Below, in pieces: positions 1-11,400 of a DNA stretch of 64,000 nucleotides. Source of the stretch: Candidatus Limnocylindrales bacterium (GTDB lineage Bacteria > Chloroflexota > Limnocylindria > Limnocylindrales > CSP1-4). The DNA lies in NCBI GenBank assembly GCA_036404515.1, contig DASWZK010000018.1:289-64288 (forward strand). Reading direction: 5' to 3'. Below the pieces are notes generated by a model, which saw nothing but the letters and a program-made list of their open reading frames with translations, searched no databases and was not told the origin of the DNA. A program made the translations under genes and the position numbers. Positions within the stretch are counted from its first letter, which is position 1. Every line of letters starts with the position of its first letter.

Positions 1-1
1 C

Positions 2-1084
2 GCGGCCGAGACCGACTTTGTGCCCGGGTTGATGCACGTCAACCTCGGGGGCTACCACGTCCGCGACCTCGACTTTGTGGCCGCCTTCGATATCGACAAG
101 AACAAGGTCGGCAAGGACATATCCGAGGCCATCTATACGAAGCCGAACAACACGTTCGTCTTCTGCAAGGTCCCGGACCTCGGCGTCAAGGTCGATCGCG
201 GCATGACCCACGACGGTCTCGGCAAGTACCTATCAGCGATCATCGAGAAGGCGCCCGGGCCCACCGCCGACGTGGTCGGGATCCTGCGGGAGCGCAAGGT
301 CGACGTGATGATCTCCTACCTGCCCGTGGGCAGCGAGGAGGCGACCAAGTGGTATGTCGAGCAGGCCCTCGCGGCCGGCGTCGGCTTCGTCAACTGCATC
401 CCGGTGTTCATCGCCCGCGAGCCGTACTGGCAGCGCCGCTTCGCCGAGAAGGGCCTGCCCATCATCGGCGACGACATCAAGAGCCAGGTCGGCGCGACGA
501 TCAGCCACCGCGTCCTCACGCGCCTCTTCATGGACCGCGGCGTCCGCCTCGACCGGACCTACCAGCTCAACTTCGGGGGCAACACCGACTTCCTCAACAT
601 GCTCGAGCGCGAGCGCCTCGAGTCCAAGAAGATCTCCAAGACCAACGCCGTCACCAGCATGCTCGACTACGACCTCGATCCGGACAACATCCACGTCGGC
701 CCCTCCGACCACGTGCCGTGGCTGCTCGACCGCAAGTTCTGCTACATCAAGATGGAGGGCACGACCTTCGGTGACGTGCCGCTCAACCTCGAGCTCAAGC
801 TCGAGGTCTGGGACAGCCCCAATTCCGCCGGTGTCGTCATCGACGCCGTCCGCTGCCTCAAGCTCGGCCTGGACCGCGGTCTCAAGGGCGCGCTCGTGGC
901 TCCATCGGCGTACTTCAAGAAGAGCCCGCCGATCCAGCTCCACGACGATGTCGCCTTCAACCGCGTCGAGGCCTTCATCCGCGGCGAGGACAACGAGACG
1001 CTCGTCGGCACCGAGACTCTGCCCAAGAGGGTCAAGAGGCCGGCCCCGCTCCGCGGCGGCAAGGCGGCCGTCGAGACCCCGTGA
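2..1084 (+). CDS. ino1: inositol-3-phosphate (myo-inositol-1-phosphate) synthase, N-terminus cut by window edge
   Basis: Blocks [72 protein letters not shown] and [18 protein letters not shown] run parallel to mycobacterial Ino1. By that comparison roughly 45 N-terminal residues are missing. The frame is open to base 2. Confidence 0.92.
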   Translation, partial: AAETDFVPGLMHVNLGGYHVRDLDFVAAFDIDKNKVGKDISEAIYTKPNNTFVFCKVPDLGVKVDRGMTHDGLGKYLSAIIEKAPGPTADVVGILRERKVDVMISYLPVGSEEATKWYVEQALAAGVGFVNCIPVFIAREPYWQRRFAEKGLPIIGDDIKSQVGATISHRVLTRLFMDRGVRLDRTYQLNFGGNTDFLNMLERERLESKKISKTNAVTSMLDYDLDPDNIHVGPSDHVPWLLDRKFCYIKMEGTTFGDVPLNLELKLEVWDSPNSAGVVIDAVRCLKLGLDRGLKGALVAPSAYFKKSPPIQLHDDVAFNRVEAFIRGEDNETLVGTETLPKRVKRPAPLRGGKAAVETP

Positions 1085-2310
1085 GTTCGGAAGCGTTGAG
1101 CGCAGGTTCGCAACCGGTGAGCAAGGACGCCGTGGCCGGGTCTCCCGGCCCGGCGTCCGACGCCTCGACCGAGACCACGACCGCACCTGGGAGCAATGCG
1201 GCGGCGCCCGCGAGGCTTCGCCGCAGCGTGGCCAGGAGGTCAGGCGAGGCCAGAGCCGAGCCAACCAGGACGTTCGAAGCACCGCACCGCATGGAGAAGG
1301 AGACCTTCTTCACGCACCTAGCGGGCTTGACGGCGGTGAGTTTCTGGCGCACCGCGTCGTGGATCGTCGGCCACCTCCCGGCGGGCCCGACGTACCGGGT
1401 AGGCGGCTGGCTCGCCATGGTCGGCTACGCCGCCAGCCCGACACGCCGCCGCTGGCTGCGAGCCAACTTCGGCCACGTTCTCGGCGTGCCGCCCAAGGAC
1501 AGGGCGGCCGGCCACATGGCCCGGGCAGCCTATCGGAATTACTCACGCTACATCATGGAGCTCATGCGCCTGCCGTGGCTCAAGCCGGAGCAGGTCGACG
1601 GCCTGCTCGACGTTCACGGCCTCGACAGGTTCCTCGAGGTCTTCCACGCGTCCAAGGGCGTGGTCCTGGTCGCGGCCCATCTGGGCAACAACGAAGCGAC
1701 CGCGGCCGCCTTTGCCAAGGTGGGCCTGCAGATCAACGTCGTTGGAGACGACAGCTCCTACCGCGAACTCTACGAGTTGTTCGAGCGCCAGCGTGAACGC
1801 TGGGGCGTCAAGATGATCTCGTGGCGCAACCTTCGTGGCGTCTACGGTGCGCTCAGACGCCACGAAGGCCTGGTCCTTCTCGTCGACTGGGGCTATCGAC
1901 CCGACGGCATCCCGGTCAAGATGTTCGGCTCGTGGACCACCCTGCCGGCCGGTCCCGCCCTGCTGGCAGCCAGGCATGGATCCTCGATCGTCCCCTTCTC
2001 GGTCAAGCGGGTGGGCAACGGGACCTTCCGGGCGGCCGCCGACGACGCGATTCTCGTTCCCTCGAACTCCCCGTCGGATCTTGCGATCGCGACGCAGAAG
2101 ATCGCCGCGGCCCTGGAGAGCCACATCGGGTCGGCACCGGAGCAGTGGTACAACTTCAAGCCGATCTGGCCGGCCACGGCCGAGGAAGCGGCCCGGCTGG
2201 AGGCGCGGAACCGCGCGGCCATGGCGAACGACGCCAGGGGCGCGGCGCCGAACGGCGGCCCGGGCACGGCCAGTGACGGCGGCGAGACGCCGAGGCGCCA
2301 GGAGAAATGA
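1081..2310 (+). CDS. PatA/HtrB-family (lipid A biosynthesis-type) acyltransferase
   Basis: AAHLGNNE (H-x4-acidic) motif and the [22 protein letters not shown] block typical of PatA/HtrB/MsbB acyltransferases. GTGA start/stop overlap with ino1. The first ~70 aa are low complexity, so ATG 1291 (MEKETFF) is an alternative start. Confidence 0.7.
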   Translation: MSSEALSAGSQPVSKDAVAGSPGPASDASTETTTAPGSNAAAPARLRRSVARRSGEARAEPTRTFEAPHRMEKETFFTHLAGLTAVSFWRTASWIVGHLPAGPTYRVGGWLAMVGYAASPTRRRWLRANFGHVLGVPPKDRAAGHMARAAYRNYSRYIMELMRLPWLKPEQVDGLLDVHGLDRFLEVFHASKGVVLVAAHLGNNEATAAAFAKVGLQINVVGDDSSYRELYELFERQRERWGVKMISWRNLRGVYGALRRHEGLVLLVDWGYRPDGIPVKMFGSWTTLPAGPALLAARHGSSIVPFSVKRVGNGTFRAAADDAILVPSNSPSDLAIATQKIAAALESHIGSAPEQWYNFKPIWPATAEEAARLEARNRAAMANDARGAAPNGGPGTASDGGETPRRQEK

Positions 2311-3323
2311 CGGGCAACGCGTCGCCCGCGGTCGGCGAGCTTCCCGCGCGGCGGCACGGGCTTCGGCACCGCGTCGCCGACGGCCTGATCGCGGTCGTCG
2401 TAATCGGCGCACTGAAGCTGATCCTGCACATGCCAGAGAGAGCGGTCTGGGCCCTGGCCGACCTGGCCGGCGGTGTCTCGTATCGAGTCTCGGCCGCTCG
2501 GCGCGACCTTGCCCGCCGGAACCTCCAGCGCGTCGTCGAGTGGATGGCGGCCAACGGCCAGGGAGCCGAGCGGTACCGAGCAGCCGCCACGAACCCGAGG
2601 GCGCTCGAGGGACTCGTGCGGTTGGCCTTCGTGAACCATGCCCGCTACTACCTGGAGATGGCCCGGGCGCCCAGGTTCACGGCCCATTTGGTGAACGATC
2701 GGCTCGCTCTCGAAACGCCCGACGAAGTCGCCGCCTGGATGACTGAGCGCCGGGCGCTCATCCTGGTCGGCCTGCATTTTGGCGCGATCGAGCTGCCCGG
2801 CTTCTTCGCCGTCCATCGGCTTGGCCCGATCGTTGCCCCGATGGAAGCGGTCGCCAACGCCCGCGTCCAGCGGTACATCTTCTCGACACGGGCCACCATC
2901 GGGGTCCGCATCGTATCCCTGGAAGAGGCCGCCGTGGAGCTGCTGGCGGCGCTCCGTCGGAACGAGCCGGTCGGGCTCATCGCCGACCGCGCCATCACCG
3001 GTGGCGGGATCGAGGTCGAACTCTTCGGGGCCCGGACGAAGATCCCGGCCGGACCCGTCTTGCTGGCCACCGAGACAGGTGCGCCGATATACGTTTCGGG
3101 CGTGCGGCGAGTCGGGCCGGGTCGCTATCTTGGCAACCTGTTCCATCTTCAGGCGCCGGAGGGCGCGAGCAGGCGGGAACGCAGCAGGGCGATGGCCCGC
3201 GAGGAAGCGCGGCTGTTCGAACGGATCATCATCGACGCACCGGAACAGTGGCTGGCCGTGTTCCACCCAATCTGGCCCGATCTGGAGAAGCCGGAGATGC
3301 GCGACAACGGAGACGAAGCGTGA
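2307..3323 (+). CDS. second PatA/HtrB-family acyltransferase (paralog)
   Basis: LVGLHFGAIE motif and ADRAITGGGIEVELFG..T.IPAGPVLLA block, the same family as the preceding gene. ATGA overlap with the upstream stop. Confidence 0.7.
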   Translation: MTGNASPAVGELPARRHGLRHRVADGLIAVVVIGALKLILHMPERAVWALADLAGGVSYRVSAARRDLARRNLQRVVEWMAANGQGAERYRAAATNPRALEGLVRLAFVNHARYYLEMARAPRFTAHLVNDRLALETPDEVAAWMTERRALILVGLHFGAIELPGFFAVHRLGPIVAPMEAVANARVQRYIFSTRATIGVRIVSLEEAAVELLAALRRNEPVGLIADRAITGGGIEVELFGARTKIPAGPVLLATETGAPIYVSGVRRVGPGRYLGNLFHLQAPEGASRRERSRAMAREEARLFERIIIDAPEQWLAVFHPIWPDLEKPEMRDNGDEA

Positions 3324-4204
3324 CCTTTGGCCAAACGCCTCGCCTGGGTCAGGCGGATATGCACATCCATTCGATCGCCTCGGACGGGACGGCGTCGGCC
3401 GCCCAGATCCTCGACCACGTCGAGTGCCGCACCGACCTGGACGTGATTGCCATCGCCGACCACGAACGCATCGAGGCTGCGATCGAGTGCCGGCGTTTGG
3501 CTCGCGCACGCGGCAGTCGGGTGGAAGTAATCGTCGGCGAAGAGGTCACGACGCGCAGCGGCCACTTGCTCGGCCTTTTCCTGCAGGCGCAGTTGAAGCG
3601 GAACCAGCTCCTCGAAGCCACGGTCGCGGAGATCCACGAGCAAGGCGGAGTGGCGATAGTGCCGCACCCATTCTCGGCGTTCACCCTGGGGATGCGCAGA
3701 CACGCCATCCTGCGCGTCCACGGCTCCAGCGATCCGCTGGTCTACTGGGACGGCCTCGAAGGATACAATCCCTCGACCGCCGGGCGGTACGGCCGCGCCG
3801 CCACATTACGACTGGCGGCCGAACTCGGCCTGCCGGTCGTCGGCAACAGCGACAGCCACACCCTCGACACAATCGGCGACGGCCGGACCTACTTTCAAGG
3901 CTCCACGGCGGAGGACTACCGGCGCGCTCTTGTCGAGCGTGCCACGAGTGGAGGCTGCGTGGACTGGGGCTTCCTGCGCGAGGCTTTCATCTACGGCCGT
4001 CAGGTTCGCAAGCAGGCCCGAGACGTGGCTCGCTGGGGCCGGCGCAACCTGCTGCGGGACGACTCACCGCGGGACCTGGGCGTACCCCATGATGAGCTGG
4101 CTCTGCAGAGGCAGCTCGAGGCGGAGTACCTGTCGAGTCGAGGCAGGGCGCGCCACATGGCCGAATCGGCGGAGCAGCGCGAAGCGGAGGAGCCGTCTGC
4201 GTGA
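3320..4204 (+). CDS. PHP-domain metal-dependent phosphoesterase
   Basis: N-terminal DMHIHSIASDG (HxH), IADHERIE, VPHPF and NSDSHT motifs of the polymerase/histidinol-phosphatase (PHP) fold. The GTG start at 3320 overlaps the upstream stop (GTGA). ATG 3359 is an alternative start. Confidence 0.7.
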   Translation: MTFGQTPRLGQADMHIHSIASDGTASAAQILDHVECRTDLDVIAIADHERIEAAIECRRLARARGSRVEVIVGEEVTTRSGHLLGLFLQAQLKRNQLLEATVAEIHEQGGVAIVPHPFSAFTLGMRRHAILRVHGSSDPLVYWDGLEGYNPSTAGRYGRAATLRLAAELGLPVVGNSDSHTLDTIGDGRTYFQGSTAEDYRRALVERATSGGCVDWGFLREAFIYGRQVRKQARDVARWGRRNLLRDDSPRDLGVPHDELALQRQLEAEYLSSRGRARHMAESAEQREAEEPSA

Positions 4205-5391
4205 AGATCGGGCTCGTCACGCCGTATGTCTACCCGCTGCCCGGGGGCGTGAACGAGCACGTCCGCTTCCTCTACGAGAACCTCCGCCTGCGGGGCCATG
4301 ATGTCCGCATCCTGACCAGCAGCCATGGCCTGCAGCGATCGTCCGAGGGCGACGTCATCCGCATCGGGAAGGGCTTCAGCGTCCCCAGCAACGGCTCCGT
4401 CGGAACGATCACGCTTTCGCCGCGCTACGTGTCGCAGGTCCGGCGAGTCCTCGATCAGGAACGGTTCGACCTGCTCCACTTCCACGAGCCTTTCGTGCCA
4501 TTCCTTTCGCTCGTGGTGCTTCGCCAGTCGACGAGCGTGAACATCGCCACGTTCCATGCCTACGCGGGCTTCTCGCCGGCCATGGAGCTGGGCAGCAGGA
4601 CGCTCCAGGGCTACGCCAGTCGACTCCACGGCCGAATCGCGGTCAGCGCCGCGGCGCGGCACTTCGTCGATCGCTTCTTCCCCGGCGACTACAAGGTCAT
4701 CCCCAACGGCGTGGACGTGGGCCGATTCCAGCGCGCCGTGCCCGTTGCCCGCTGGCAGGACGGCTGTCCCAACGTTCTCTTCGTCGGACGCCTGGAGGAC
4801 CGAAAGGGCCTGCCCGACCTGCTCAAGGCCTTCCGTCTGATGCGCAAGAGCGGCATCGAGTGCCGGCTCCTGGTCGTCGGTTCCGGACCGCAGGAGCGCG
4901 AGGCGCGCCGCTACGTCATGACCCGTGGCCTCCAGCACGTTGAGTTCCTGGGCCGGGTCAGCGACGCGGAGAAGGCACAGCTATTCCGCACGGCCGACGT
5001 CTTCGTCTCGCCGGCCACCGGGCGCGAGTCGTTCGGGATCGTGCTGCTGGAGGCCATGGCCGCCGGCGCCCCGATCGTATGCAGCGACATCCACGGCTAC
5101 AAGGGCGTGGTCCAGCGCGGTCGCCAGGGGATCCTGGTGCAGCCCCACGACGCCAAGGGGCTTGCCGCTGGCATCTCGGAGCTGCTGGCCGACCGGGCCC
5201 TGCGGGCTCGCATGGGGGCCGCGGGACTTGAGCGAGCCGATCAGTTCAGCTGGGAGCGCGTCACGGCCAAGGTCGACGAGTACTACGGCTTCGTCATCCG
5301 CCGACTCGCGGCCCAGGGCCAGCTGCCGCCACGGTTCGCAGCCGAGATTCCGCTCGAACCACATTCGGCCCTCGTGGAACGCGAGGACTGA
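4201..5391 (+). CDS. GT4 family glycosyltransferase, PimA-like (phosphatidylinositol mannosyltransferase-like)
   Basis: N-terminus MKIGLVTPYVYPLPGGVNEHVRFLYENLRLRGHDVRILT parallels mycobacterial PimA. The C-terminal E-x7-E-like region ESFGIVLLEAMAAGAPIV is typical of GT4. GTGA overlap with the PHP gene. Confidence 0.8.
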   Translation: MKIGLVTPYVYPLPGGVNEHVRFLYENLRLRGHDVRILTSSHGLQRSSEGDVIRIGKGFSVPSNGSVGTITLSPRYVSQVRRVLDQERFDLLHFHEPFVPFLSLVVLRQSTSVNIATFHAYAGFSPAMELGSRTLQGYASRLHGRIAVSAAARHFVDRFFPGDYKVIPNGVDVGRFQRAVPVARWQDGCPNVLFVGRLEDRKGLPDLLKAFRLMRKSGIECRLLVVGSGPQEREARRYVMTRGLQHVEFLGRVSDAEKAQLFRTADVFVSPATGRESFGIVLLEAMAAGAPIVCSDIHGYKGVVQRGRQGILVQPHDAKGLAAGISELLADRALRARMGAAGLERADQFSWERVTAKVDEYYGFVIRRLAAQGQLPPRFAAEIPLEPHSALVERED

Positions 5392-5460
5392 CGGCCGACG
5401 CGACGTCGGGTGAGTCCGGGCCAGCCTATCGAGCCGCGACTCGGCCGCTGGCCGCCGGGC

Positions 5461-8400
5461 TCAGTTGGGGGGCTTGTCCTTGCGTGACATCTTCGGTGCG
5501 GAGGGGCCGGCCGAGGGGGTCGCATCAGGCCCGGCTGGATCAGGCCCGGCTGGCTCGGTCGCCGCAGGAGCCTCAGTTCCGACCGAAAGCAGCCGCCATC
5601 GGCGGAAGCCGATGACCACTCGCCGCTCCCAGGCAGCCCAGGCGACGGCCCCGGCCACGAGCATGGTGAACACCGCCAGGGCGATCGACCACGTTCCGAG
5701 CGGGCTGACCGTAGTGGATGGCTGCAGGTTGGTCGAGAACTGGAAGCCGTAGAACCAGGTCGGCAACAGTGCGTTGTAGACGCTGATTATCGAGTTGGGC
5801 ATCGGTAGAGCCGAGAGGTTCGGGTACAGGACCGCGAACGCCGCGATACCGAATACGCAGACGCCGAGGACGAATCGGCGCGGGTTGCGGGCCCTGAGAG
5901 CGAGGAGCGCGAAGACCGCCAGGACCGGCAACAGGACCAGGGCGATCCCGTCGGACGGGAGAGCGGCCTCGAAGATGAGATCGCGTGGACCGTTCTGGCC
6001 CAGCCACCACAGCAGCACGCCGGCGATGCCTACGGGCACGAGCAGTTGTGCGATCCACCATCGGTCTTCGCGACCCGCGTCCTGGCGGCGCTCGAGTCGC
6101 CAGAGCACCAATGCCAGCGCGGCCAGCGCCGCAACGAGGACGATGGCGATCAGCAAGACGCGCGCTTCGATCCGGACATCGCCGGTGCCCGAGCCGCAGA
6201 TCGTGTTGCCGAAGTAATCGGACGTGCTCACCCGAGCGAGACCGCACAGCGGGTACTTCAGCAGCCATACGACGGCCGAGAAGAGCAGCGCCGCGGCTGC
6301 GGCGAACCTGGCCAGCAGCCAGGTCAGGCGCGACGGCCCGTGCCAGAGTTCCGCCAGGAAGTAGGCCAGCCCTAACAGGAAGAAGGGCAAAGCCGTGTAG
6401 AAGTGGTATTGGAACGCCGCCCGATCTATTCGCGACCAGGACACCCATTGCCAGAAGAAGGCCACGGCGATCAGGGCGAGGCCGAGGCTACGCCGCTTGA
6501 AGGCCTGCCAGCAGATGAAGCCCATTGCGAAAATGGCCATCCACCACAGGGCCGGGTTGCCGCCGTCATAGATCATCGAGCCGGTGTCGCCGGCGTAGCC
6601 GATGCTCTCGAACCAGACCGGCTTCAGGTCCATGGGCCAGGCCCACCACGGCGACGCTGCAGGGTGGGAGGCTCTCAGGTCGTTGTGGTAGTTGTACATC
6701 TGGATGGTCAGATCCCAGAGCGTCTGACCCGTGTGCCCGGCCGGCCACGCGTTGTCGCATTGGCCGGTGCTCGTATCGATGTGCCAGCACGCGATGGCCG
6801 GCAGCTGGCCGGTGGCCTCGGTCTGCGGCTGCCACGGCATGGACCACGGGATGTACAGGGCCACGTAGACGACGATCGGTAGGACCAGGAGACAGGCACT
6901 CATCCAGGCCGCGGGGAGGCCGAAACCGGTGCCCAGGCGCAACCACCCCGTTGGGGCAGGCGCCGGCGGGTCGGCAAACCTCGACGGGTCGTCCGGACCG
7001 GGTGGCGCGGCCAGCGGCCCGAAGCCGAGCCTTCCGGCGTACCAGAAGCCGGCGGCCGCCGCGGCACCGGCCGCGATGCCGACGACTCCTAACTTGACGA
7101 GACCTGTCCCGAGCGCCGGATAGGTGCCGCGCAGGAAGGCCGTGAAGCTTGTAGGTGCGAGGACGATGAATAGGCCGACGAGACCGGCCAGCACACCTAC
7201 GACGATCGGGGCGCCGATCCCGAACCTCAACTCTTCGCGAGTCCATGCGATCGGGTGGTAGGCGTTGACGGCGGCCGCGATGACCGTGATCGCCAGCATG
7301 ATCAGGAAGAAGGTGTAGTTCGGGGCGCCGTTCTCAACCGTGCCCGGCGACAGTGCAAGAGTGGCCCCGAACAAGCCCGCGGCGACCACAGCCGTCACGA
7401 CCCCGACGACGACCTTGTCGGGCGTGGTTCGAGTGGACATGGCCCACACGAAACCGCCTACCACAACGGCCAGGGCAAGGCCGATGAGCAGCACCACGGC
7501 CGTCGGGTTGCCGGTGCCGGGCTGGGTGACCATCTCGTTGATGGCCATTGAGCCGAGGATGCCGGTCGCGGCGGCGAAACCGAGGATCGTGATGAGTCTG
7601 CCGAGGGCGGACCGGATGAGGATCAGGATTCCGATGCTGGCGATGGCATAGAGAGCGACCCATTTCGAAGCCAGGCCCAGACCGAGTAGGACCCCGAGAA
7701 TCGGCATGCCGAGCCAGAAGGCGATCCGGTTCTTCCAGACATCCAGCCAGATGATCGCGAAGATCAGGTAGGCGAGTAACAGGAAGCCGCCGACGTAGGT
7801 GTCGTTCATGGCGATGCGCGATTGGGCGAAGAACATCCCGTCGATCACCGAGAAGAGCGCGACGAGCAGACCGATGCTCCGACGGCGGAACAGGATCCGG
7901 GCCAGCAGATACAGGCAGGCGGCCATCAGCACGCCGAAGATGACCCCGACGATGCGCCACGAGAACGCGAACTGGCCGACGTCGACGGAGGCGATGGAAC
8001 CGTTCGGGGCGAGGGCAAGGACCTCCTCTCGATCGGTGCCCGGCAGCTGCGGAGTCGAGTCGAGGCCGATTGCGACCGGCTGGAATGGCAGCGGAGCATC
8101 CGAGAAGACGGCGTTGCCGTTGGTCTCGATGGCGTAGACGGTCCAGCCCGTTCCGTCGGGCGTCCGCCCGAGAGCCTGGGCGACCCGGGTGGCACCGTCG
8201 AAGACGACCTGCGTGACCACGCCTGGCATCGTCTGTAGCGGCTGAGTCCCGTCCTTGGTCACGGTCCCGGAGTTGCCGGTCGTGTCGAGTTGGATCAGGA
8301 CGATGGAGTTCCCGGCCGCAACGTAGGAATCCTGGCTGTAGTTGATCGATCCGTCGGTGTTCGTGTTGATGGCGATTGAGGTCGCCGGCGAGTCCGTCGG

Positions 8401-11400
8401 GATGGCCGGCGTGAGGATCAGGTGGCTCACGTCCAGCAGGCCGATGCCGCCCTGGTAGGCGACGATCACCTGGGGATCAGAGGTTGCGAGCTGGACATCG
8501 GGCAGCTGGCCCGCAGCGACCAGATTCTGGACGGCCGTGACCTGATCGGAGCTGAGTGGTCCGAGGTTCAGCGCCTGCGGGACGCCGGGCGTGGACGGCG
8601 CGTCAAGCGCTGCCTGGACCGACGCCGCATCCAACCCGAGGGCAGTGGCGAGGGCCTGCGCCTCCGACGACGGCGTCGTCGTGGAGCCGGTCGGCGGCAT
8701 GGAGGATTGGGAGGCTAAAGATGTCGACGACGCGTTCTTGATGAGCACGGCCGGCCCCAGGCCGAGGTCGGCGAAGTCGGCGGCCCCGGGAACGACGCCT
8801 CGGGCCGAGATCGAGCCGCCGTTCTGGTTAAGGTCGATCGATACGATGTTGCCCGAGTTGTCGGCCGCCAGGAGGTACGGCGGCGTGCCCGAGTACAGGT
8901 GCGTGATCGACAGGCCGGCGCTCACGCCCAGCTCAACGGGCGGCTTGACCGTCGTCGTCACGCCGTTCTGGAGATCATCGAGGTTGTTGGTGTCGATTCG
9001 GTAGATCTGCCCGCTCGATGACCCGACGTAGACCAGCCCGGTGGGGCCCACGGTCGAGAAGGACTCGGCCCCTGGTATCGAATACGTCTGGACGAGAGCT
9101 CGGGTCTGGAGGTCGTATACGAGGACGTCGGACCCGGTGGCCACGAAGAGACGGTCGCCGAATCGGGCATTCGGGTCGGACGAGTTGGGGTTGTTCGGGT
9201 CGGCCCCGGGCGACGTCGCGGTGCGCGGCTGGACGAGCGTGGCCTTGACAGTGGCGTTGATATCGCCGGTGGCCGTGACTTTGTCGTCGGAGAAGAGCGT
9301 GATCCCGCCCGCGATGGCGTACTTGGCCAGCATCGGGTGAGTCCACTCGTAGATGTCGTGGGGGATGTCGTAGCGCCAGTCCTGCAGGAACTCGGTGGCG
9401 CTCCGAGCGTGATACACCTCGTCGAAGTACATCTGCATCGGCTCGCCGAGGCGGTACACCCGCAACGACAGGGTGACCACGACCAGGGCCACTACCACCC
9501 ACAGGTCCAGCCTGTCGACGCGGCCGCGCGGCTCCGAATCGAGTGAGGCGGATCTGTCGGGATGCGATGAGGGGCGGGCCAGCCGGCGCCACAGCGACAT
9601 GACCAGGCGGGGCACGTACCGCGGTCGATCTTCTCCCTCCGAGTCATCCTCGGCCCAGTACTCGTCCTCATCGGCAAGGTTGAGGTCATACGGCGCGCTC
9701 GGTGCATACTCCGGGCCTTCCAGATCGGGCTCGCCGGTCGCCGTGTAGACCGTCTGTACCGCCACGGAAGACTCGGCGTCGGCGGGTACAGCTTCGGTGG
9801 CCGGAACGCCTGAGGCAAACCCAGCAGCCGCCAGGGAAGGGGCGGTGGCAGGGATTGGCGCGCCGTACGAATCGGCCAGACCGAACGTTGGCCACCCCCC
9901 CGGCTCAGGCTCGAGCGCGGCCCGGGTCACTTCCCGATCCAGGGCCGCGACGGCCCGGCCGCGGAGCTGCAGCAGCGCCCAGACCATGGCCAGACCCGTC
10001 GTCACGCCGCAAACGGCGATCGGCCAGATGATTCCGTCGAACCACCTGGCCGACAGCAAACCGTTACCCCAATCGTTCAGGGTCCCGGCCACCGTTCCGT
10101 CGGCGGCGGGGATGCCCTGGTACTGGACCAGAACGGCCAGCAGGTTCGCTGCGTTGACGACCGAGAGCACGACGTAGGCCACACGCCAGCGCCAGGAAAC
10201 GACGAGCAGGACGGCGCCGAGGCCGAAGAACGGGAACAGGTATCGCTCATGAGCTCGCGTCGGCACGACGAAGAAGGCAATGGTCAGGACGGTCAGAGCT
10301 ACGAGCAGCGACTGCGCATCATCACGCCAGGCCGCCCAGATGCTGACCCCGATCAGGATCGTCAACAGGAGGCCATCGCCGAGTACCGCGGCGTACAAGA
10401 GGCCGGTCATGCCGATCAGCACCACGGCGGTGATGCCGGCGGCCGCGATCAGGAATGCGTACGACAGGCCGCCGAACTCCATCCGGAACCTGTGGGAAGC
10501 CCCCCGGCTCGCGTCCAGGTCAGCGCCAGTGTCGACAGCCGCCGGGTCGGGGGCGTCCTCGAGACCGCGGCTCAGCCTCCTGCCCGCGAGGGCGGCCACC
10601 ACCAGAAGAACGACCATGACCAGCGCCAGCACGAGAACCGAGGGCGGAAACGGCCCTATGAGATATCCGGTGCCGCTGGCGCCGGATGCGGCGTCGGTCC
10701 AGGGAGCGTCGTGGATCCAGGCCAGGCTGCGGTCCATGGCGTTGGCCCCTTCGGCGACCAGCGCCCACGGGTTATAGGCGTTCAGCGTCAGGTACGGGTA
10801 CTCGCCGAAGGTGTTGATCAGGTGGCTGGCGATCGAGTCGTAAACCATTCCGGCAAAGACGACGAGGGTGCCGAGGCCGAGCAAGGCGGAGGCCTGCGTC
10901 CGCCGGGCCAGATCCGCGACCGGCAGATGCCGACGGCCCAAAGAAAACACGCCGACGCCGGCAACGAGCCCGACGGCGATCGTGGCCAGCCCGGGGCCGG
11001 TAGCGATCCGGCCGGCGGCGCCGACCAGGTCCAGCCCCGTAAAAGGCAGGCAGATCAGGGCGGCGGTGACCAGGCCGGCACCGAGTGAACTCAGGATCCG
11101 TTCGGGCTCGGGTTCACCCGTCTTGGGCGCCAGCGACCGGCGAAGTACGACGAAGCCAACGACGAAGCCCAAAACTCCGAGCTGGAGCTTCGTCAGAACG
11201 GCCAGGACCGCCAGCGCCGAGGCCGATTCGCGGCGGTCTTTCTGCAGCTCACGCAATCCCAGCAGGAGGAAGATCGAACCGACTGCGTCGGCCTGGCCCC
11301 AGATGGCGCTGTTGAACCAGGTGATGGGGTTGACCAGGACGATCACCGCCGCGATGAATGCCCGGCGGCGGGTGACCCCCATCTCGAGGGCCATGAGCCA

